In this document: positions 16,625-22,513 of the stretch, one piece after another
Layout: every line of letters begins with the position of its first letter
Position numbering within the stretch: position 1 is the first letter of the stretch
Source of the DNA: Promethearchaeota archaeon
GTDB lineage: Archaea > Asgardarchaeota > Lokiarchaeia > Sigyniarchaeales > SOKP01
NCBI GenBank assembly: GCA_016926735.1
Contig: JAFGOA010000040.1
Location: 1-22,513 of the forward strand
Direction: 5' to 3'
DNA length: 22,513 nt
The notes under the pieces: model-generated
What the model was told of the DNA's origin: nothing
What the model saw: the letters and a program-made list of their open reading frames with translations, nothing else
The model's database searches: none
Program-made: the position numbers and the translations under genes

Positions 16625-18820
16625 TTATTTTTTAATCATTTCCTTTAATAAATTACGGCATTCTTCTACAGAGAAAATATTATATTTAGCATTAGTTCTT
16701 GAAAATCCTATTTTTATCGTAAAAGAATTACTAATCGAATTAATTAATTCAAACATATCTTCATCCGTTATATCATCCCCTACAACAAATATGAACTCGG
16801 GGTCATAATCCTTAAGTAAATAATTAGAAATTGCAATACCTTTATTTATTAAAGCATTCTTTATTTCAACAACTTTATTTCCATCAAGTATAGTCAAGTC
16901 TTCTCCATGTGTAAAATTCTTCAGAAAGTCAACTAATTCTCTAGTTCTTATATCCGCAAGCTCTGATTCCACTTTTCTATAATGCCATACTAAACAAAAT
17001 TCTTTTTCTTCTATAAAAGACCCAGGTGTTCTATTGACGTATTTTTCTAAAATTGGTCTTATATCTTCTTTCCAATTATTTTTTAAATAATCTATTGTAT
17101 TCCATTCATCCATTAAATGTTTTATCCATAATCCATGCTCAGCAATTAATATAATATCAAGATTTTTAAACCATTCTGAAAGTGTTTCTTTATTTCTCCC
17201 ACTAACAACAGCTACTCTATTTTTTTTATCTTCAATAAGAGTTTTTAATATTTCTATAATCTCATCATCAGGTTTAGCTTCTTTAGGATCATTATAGAAT
17301 TGTACTAAGGTTCCATCATAATCAAGAATTATTAATCTTTTTTTTGCTTGATTATACTTTAAATATAATTCTTCTTTTTTTGTGTGATTTAAATATCTTA
17401 TTGTTTTATCTTGAGGTTTTTCTTTTACTAAGAGAAGATTTTCAAGTATATCTTCTGCCCAATTTAAAACATCATAATTTTTAATTCTTTTTTGCATTAC
17501 ACTCATTCGGTCTATTTTTTCATCTCTAGACATTGTTAAAGCGCTATTAATTGCTTCAATCATTTGGTTTTTATTGTTTGTATTAACAATAATGCTTTCA
17601 AATAACTGTTTTGCAGCACCAGCCGTTTCACTTAGTATAGGTATCCCCTCTCTATTTAATTTGGAAGCAATATATTCTTTTACAATTAAATTCATTCCAT
17701 CTCTTATTGGTGTAATTAGAATAATATCTGAGATCATATATAATGCTACAAGTTCTTCTATGTTTAAAGGTTTATGTCGATAGAGAATAGGATTCCATCC
17801 AATTTTACTAAATTTTCCATTGATTTTACCTACAAGTTCATCAATTTCCTTTTTTAAATTTTGATATTCCTCTACATCAGAACGAGAGGGGGCAATAACA
17901 AACATCAAAATAACTTTTTCTCTCCAATTTGGATAATTATCTAAAAATAATTCAAAGGCTTCCAATCGTAATTTTATCCCTTTGGTATAATCCATTCGAT
18001 CAATTGAAAGTATCACTCTATAGTGACCAATTTCTTTACTTATGTCTTTTGCCTTATTTTTTACACTTGAAGTATTAGCTATTTTCTGAAATTTGTCATA
18101 ATCTATTCCCATTGGAAAAGTATCCACCTTAATATTTCTTCCATGTAAATTTATTTGATTCATCGTAAAATCAATTGATAATAATCTGCGAACGCTACTC
18201 AAAAAATGCCTTTCGTAATCATAAGTATGAAAACCAATTAAGTCTGAACCTAAGAGTCCTTCTAAGATTTCTTCTCTCCAAGGTAGCAATCGAAAAATTT
18301 CATAAGAGGGAAAGGGAATATGTAAGAAATATCCAATGGTAGCATCAGGTATCCCATTTCTTATAAGATTAGGTAAAAGCATAAGATGATAATCTTGAAT
18401 CCATAAAATATCATCAGATTTCACAATTTCTAATATAACTCTGAAAAATTTATTATTTATTATTTTATAAAAATTCCATAATTCATCTTCAAATGTAGTA
18501 AATTCAATAAAATAATGAAAAAGAGGCCAAATAGTTTTGTTACAAAAACCCTCATAAAATTTTTCTTTTTCTTCTTGAGTAAAAAAGATAGGATAACAAT
18601 TATATTCTTCTTTTAGATGTTCTTTTATTTCATTTTTATTTGCTTCAACTTTTTCTTCGACTATTCCAGGCCATCCAATCCATATACCATTATGTGATTT
18701 ATGAAATGATTCTAAACCTGTGGTTAAGCCTCCCAAACTCCGAGTATACGTAATTTTATTATTTTCTTTTTTAACTGAAACGGGTAATCTATTTGAGATA
18801 ATTACTAATCTTCTTTCCAT
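16625..18820 (-). CDS. Bifunctional trehalose-6-phosphate synthase/phosphatase (OtsA-OtsB fusion, TPSP)
   Basis: GT20 motifs SNRLP, WIGWPG, WPLFHY, QDYHL, FLHIPFP, DRMDYTKG and DGMNLIVKEY. HAD motifs LDYDGTL, VSGR, NKG and GDDITDEDMF. Confidence 0.95.
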   Translation of the reverse strand: MERRLVIISNRLPVSVKKENNKITYTRSLGGLTTGLESFHKSHNGIWIGWPGIVEEKVEANKNEIKEHLKEEYNCYPIFFTQEEKEKFYEGFCNKTIWPLFHYFIEFTTFEDELWNFYKIINNKFFRVILEIVKSDDILWIQDYHLMLLPNLIRNGIPDATIGYFLHIPFPSYEIFRLLPWREEILEGLLGSDLIGFHTYDYERHFLSSVRRLLSIDFTMNQINLHGRNIKVDTFPMGIDYDKFQKIANTSSVKNKAKDISKEIGHYRVILSIDRMDYTKGIKLRLEAFELFLDNYPNWREKVILMFVIAPSRSDVEEYQNLKKEIDELVGKINGKFSKIGWNPILYRHKPLNIEELVALYMISDIILITPIRDGMNLIVKEYIASKLNREGIPILSETAGAAKQLFESIIVNTNNKNQMIEAINSALTMSRDEKIDRMSVMQKRIKNYDVLNWAEDILENLLLVKEKPQDKTIRYLNHTKKEELYLKYNQAKKRLIILDYDGTLVQFYNDPKEAKPDDEIIEILKTLIEDKKNRVAVVSGRNKETLSEWFKNLDIILIAEHGLWIKHLMDEWNTIDYLKNNWKEDIRPILEKYVNRTPGSFIEEKEFCLVWHYRKVESELADIRTRELVDFLKNFTHGEDLTILDGNKVVEIKNALINKGIAISNYLLKDYDPEFIFVVGDDITDEDMFELINSISNSFTIKIGFSRTNAKYNIFSVEECRNLLKEMIKK

Positions 18821-19170
18821 ATCTATTATTCACTGAATATATTAGAGTTATTTTATTTATGTGATTTTTTAATATAAGTATATAAATTTATTTTTTCTAC
18901 ATTTTTTAGATTAATCAAGAATTTAATTTTAAAAAAAATATATTTCTATGTTCTTATTTTCTAAAAAATATATAATAGATTTGATGTCTATTGTTTTTAA
19001 ATAAATACACTTTTATTGACAATAAAGATAAGTAAATAAATTATTTAATTTTAAGGTTTTGAAACAAATTTGATACAATAAATCAAAAATTAATGAATAA
19101 AATATCACTAATATACTCTATAATAACAAATTTTAAAATAATCAAGAAAAAAATATAAATAATTATTTAA

Positions 19171-19875
19171 TTATTTTATTTCTTTTCCACTTCTTGTGAT
19201 GATTAGCAAGATGATAATTAGGATAACTAAGAATAAAACAGTTAACACCCACATTGCTTCAGGTATCCATAAATAACCAAGTATTAAGAAGGGTATAAAG
19301 AAAATAGCATCAACGATTAATAATACTGGAAAAGGTACTTCTTCACCTTTAATATCTAAAAGAATCGGTCCCATAATCATAATGATTAATATCGTCATAA
19401 GTACTTTAAAAGTTATAGCTAAATTTGGATCTACAACTCCACTAGCATATATATTAGGAAGGAAAAAAATCCCAAGGATAGGAGGATTAGTAGTAGCATC
19501 TAGCGTTTGTAAAGATGTATCAATATATGGTATAATTCCTGCTACAAGAATTTGAATAATTACTGCTAATATAAAGAACATAAAAATATCATTATAGTTC
19601 TTAGTTTTTCTGTAGACTAAAATAATATCTCTTAATATACATAAAGTCCATAATATAAAAAGGATAATATATGCAATAATGATTGTTTGATTAAAACCAG
19701 AATATTCAAAGGTTAATTTTACAGCCCACATATAATTCACAGGAAGAAGCGCAACAAGATATGCCAGATATCTATATCGTTCATTTCTTTTAAAGATATC
19801 AAATAATAGAAAAATTCCAAAAATAACGAATAAAATTATCAGTACGATTAAACTATTAATAAATTCAGAGTCCAT
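19171..19875 (-). CDS. Multi-pass membrane protein of unknown function
   Basis: 234 aa with about 7 hydrophobic segments and no recognised motif. Confidence 0.75.
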   Translation of the reverse strand: MDSEFINSLIVLIILFVIFGIFLLFDIFKRNERYRYLAYLVALLPVNYMWAVKLTFEYSGFNQTIIIAYIILFILWTLCILRDIILVYRKTKNYNDIFMFFILAVIIQILVAGIIPYIDTSLQTLDATTNPPILGIFFLPNIYASGVVDPNLAITFKVLMTILIIMIMGPILLDIKGEEVPFPVLLIVDAIFFIPFLILGYLWIPEAMWVLTVLFLVILIIILLIITRSGKEIK

Positions 19876-20121
19876 GATTTTGTCATTTCTTTTTTTTTTT
19901 ACATAAAACTAATTTATATATTAATAATTAGTTCACGTGTTTTTAAATTTTTAATAATCCAATCTTAAAATATATTATCTTAATTATGAATGTTAGCTTT
20001 TTTTTTAAAAATCTATAAAAATAAATTCTAACTTTCTTTTCGGGTTTTTATCATGGAATAAAAATATAATTATGAAAATTCCCTTAAAAAAAGTGAGATT
20101 AATTATTATAATATATAAAAT

Positions 20122-21510
20122 TCATTCTATAGCGGATTGGATTAATTCAGCTAATACAGAAAGTTCATGTTTTGCTTTTTTTGTATCTGTAGATTCAGCT
20201 GATAAAAGTATAGCATTTCGAGAAATAGCTAATTTCAATATAATAGCAACATCCTCTTTTATTATTTTAAGATCATTTAAAATATCATAAAATCGATAAT
20301 TGTGTTTTATTGCAATATCTCTTACAATCTGATGTATATTTTCAAGGTTATTAGATGATATTGGAATAGTTTTATTTATATTAATACCCTTTGGAAATCC
20401 TTTAATTAAAGAGCTAATTAAATCATCTTGGTTAGTCATAATTTCAAGGACCTTAAGTAAAATTAGATTACCATCACTAAAAGGAGCAAAATTAGGAAAA
20501 TAGAAATTTAATTCATCAGACGCTGCAAAACAGGCTCTTTCTTCTCTTATCTGTCTTGAAATTGAACCAGGATAATTATTTATTTCTTTTACAGAAAATC
20601 CACTTTCTTCTATAAAATTTTTAACCACGGAGGATATTTCAGGATTAATAATTATTGTATTTCCTTTTGAATTTTGAATTCTTTCATTATAAGTCATAAA
20701 TAACATTAAAAGATCTTCAAAACTTATTTCAGCACCATTTTCATCAATTATTAGAATTCTAGATGCATCAACGTCAAAACAAATCCCTAAATGACTTTCT
20801 GAAGCCTTAACTATTTCAGCTGTATTTCTGATAGTTTTTATATTAGGGATCGTCCCAATCCTTTGTCTATAATGTGTATTAAGAGCAATTATTTCTGTTC
20901 CTATATCGTTAAGTAAAAGAGGAATAATTTGTCCAACAGGACTATATGCACAATCAATTACAATTTTCCAATTTTTATCTCCAATTTTTTTTTTATTAAT
21001 AAATTGTTCTAGAGATTTAATATAGATGTCTTCTGTTTGAGGAATACCTGTTAATTTACCAATACTATTTGAATCAGCTCTGTTGATCTTTTTAGGAAAA
21101 TTATTATAACTGTCAATAATGTCTTGATTTTCTTGTTCGGAAATATTAATACCTTGAGCGTCTACAAACCTAATACTAACATCTTCTGGATATAAATGTC
21201 CACCAGAAAAATATATACCACCACTAGCTCCAAATCTTCTTATTGTGAATTGTAATAAAGGAAACGTACAACTTGACAAATTCAAGGTATTAATTCCTGA
21301 ACTCATTAATCCTGACGAAAATGCCCTTTTCAACATTCTACAATCATAATGATAATCTCTACCAATAATGACAGATTCGTTAGGATCAAATTGACTACCA
21401 TATATAACTGCTAATTTACTTGAAATCTCTGGAGTTAATTCAAAATTACCCTTACCAATGATTCTTCCTTCTTTTAGGAAAGTAAATTGATTTACGTTTT
21501 CTTTACTCAT
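20122..21510 (-). CDS. Alpha-D-phosphohexomutase (PMM/PGM) fold protein with degenerate active site
   Basis: Family scaffold ELTPE, IIGRD, MLKRAFSSGLMSSG and IVIDCAY is present. However SGGHLYP replaces TASHNP and FDVDASR replaces FDGDADR. Confidence 0.8.
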   Translation of the reverse strand: MSKENVNQFTFLKEGRIIGKGNFELTPEISSKLAVIYGSQFDPNESVIIGRDYHYDCRMLKRAFSSGLMSSGINTLNLSSCTFPLLQFTIRRFGASGGIYFSGGHLYPEDVSIRFVDAQGINISEQENQDIIDSYNNFPKKINRADSNSIGKLTGIPQTEDIYIKSLEQFINKKKIGDKNWKIVIDCAYSPVGQIIPLLLNDIGTEIIALNTHYRQRIGTIPNIKTIRNTAEIVKASESHLGICFDVDASRILIIDENGAEISFEDLLMLFMTYNERIQNSKGNTIIINPEISSVVKNFIEESGFSVKEINNYPGSISRQIREERACFAASDELNFYFPNFAPFSDGNLILLKVLEIMTNQDDLISSLIKGFPKGININKTIPISSNNLENIHQIVRDIAIKHNYRFYDILNDLKIIKEDVAIILKLAISRNAILLSAESTDTKKAKHELSVLAELIQSAIE

Positions 21511-21700
21511 GATTATTAATATTAAAACAATATCTATTAAACTTAATTTATCGTTTATAAATTATTATATTTAAATGATGATTATGGATAAATTAAGTTT
21601 AATTAATATTTTGAAAAATATAAGTATAAATTATTTTATGTGTTCATAAATATTAATTTTAAATTTAAAATTTATAAGAATTAGTATAATACAGATAATT

Positions 21701-22513
21701 ATGACAAAAAAATTAGGTTATTTTTCATTAATATTACATTCTCACTTACCTTGGGTATTAAATCATGGAATATGGCCACATGGAACTAGTTGGTTAAATG
21801 AAGCTGCAGCAGAATCTTATATTCCTATTTTAGAAGAAGTTAATAAAGTAATAAATGATGGATATTCTCCAAAATTAACAATTGGTTTAACACCAGTATT
21901 ATGTGAATCTCTTAACCATCCCTCATTCATAAATGGTTTTCAAGGATATTTAGAGCAAAAAATTAATGCTGCTTTAAAGGATCAACATGATTTTAAGCAA
22001 AATAATTATCGGATTGAACATATTAGATTAGCAGAAAGATGGGAAGAATATTACTCTAGAATTAAAGATCTATTTATCGAAGTATATAATAAGAATATTA
22101 TTGGAGCTTTTAAAGAATTACAAGATAGGGATTATTTAGATATAATTACTTGTGGAGCAACTCATGGTTATTCAGCTCTACTTTCACGTGAATCATCTAT
22201 TCATGCTCAATTTAAAATCGGTGTTGATAATTATAAAAAACATTTTGGACGACCGCCTACAGGAGCTTGGATACCAGAATGCGCTTACAGACCAGGTTAT
22301 AGATGGAAAAATCCTTTAACTGGAGAAGAATATGATCGCCCCGGCGTTGAACAGATCCTAGCAAACAATGGAATTAAATATTTCTTTATAGACACAGTAT
22401 TACTCTTAGGAGGGAAGTCAATGGGCGTTTATGCTGCAAGATTTCCATTACTCCAACAATTATGGCAACAATTTGCTTCTCAATATAATGAAAAACCATT
22501 AGATTTTGAAAAA
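21701..22513 (+). CDS. GH57 1,4-alpha-glucan branching enzyme, 3'-truncated by the window (not in the ORF track)
   Basis: Starts at ATG 21701: MTKKLGYFSLILHSHLPWV...WLNEAAAESYIP...LTPVL...ITCGATHGY...GAWIPECAYRPG (nucleophile Glu). The frame is open to the window end. Confidence 0.9.
   Translation, partial: MTKKLGYFSLILHSHLPWVLNHGIWPHGTSWLNEAAAESYIPILEEVNKVINDGYSPKLTIGLTPVLCESLNHPSFINGFQGYLEQKINAALKDQHDFKQNNYRIEHIRLAERWEEYYSRIKDLFIEVYNKNIIGAFKELQDRDYLDIITCGATHGYSALLSRESSIHAQFKIGVDNYKKHFGRPPTGAWIPECAYRPGYRWKNPLTGEEYDRPGVEQILANNGIKYFFIDTVLLLGGKSMGVYAARFPLLQQLWQQFASQYNEKPLDFEK

Noticed and set aside
17574-17783. 69-aa plus-strand ORF
   Set aside because: Antisense shadow within the TPS/TPP gene.
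20072-20290. 72-aa plus-strand ORF
   Set aside because: Mostly antisense overlap with the 3' end of the PGM-like gene, with no recognisable motif.

Overview
Very AT-rich archaeal DNA, most likely an Asgard (Lokiarchaeia-like) chromosome. This is inferred from archaeal RadA, tRNA-splicing endonuclease, MEMO1 and a CxxC...CxH zinc-ribbon protein; it is not proven. Gene content, left to right: a 5'-truncated Asp-box/dockerin surface protein, a coiled-coil protein, a zinc-ribbon protein, a 2-hydroxyacyl-CoA dehydratase plus activator operon, an internally duplicated DUF4332-like protein, a divergent VIT1/DUF47 pair, endA, MEMO1, a second coiled-coil protein, a membrane metal-dependent hydrolase with a broken start, OsmC, radA, a TPS/TPP-fusion plus TreT trehalose pair, a membrane protein, a catalytically degenerate phosphohexomutase and a 3'-truncated GH57 branching enzyme. 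The most notable element is missed by the ORF track: a 236-bp non-autonomous IS200/IS605-family mini-element at 1706-1941. It has IS608-like TTAC/TCAA cleavage sites, both end hairpins, and an eroded tnpB 3' tip, the region that normally encodes the omegaRNA scaffold. It sits in the last codon of a host gene and supplies that gene's new stop codon. Removing it in silico restores a clean ATG-TAA ending.
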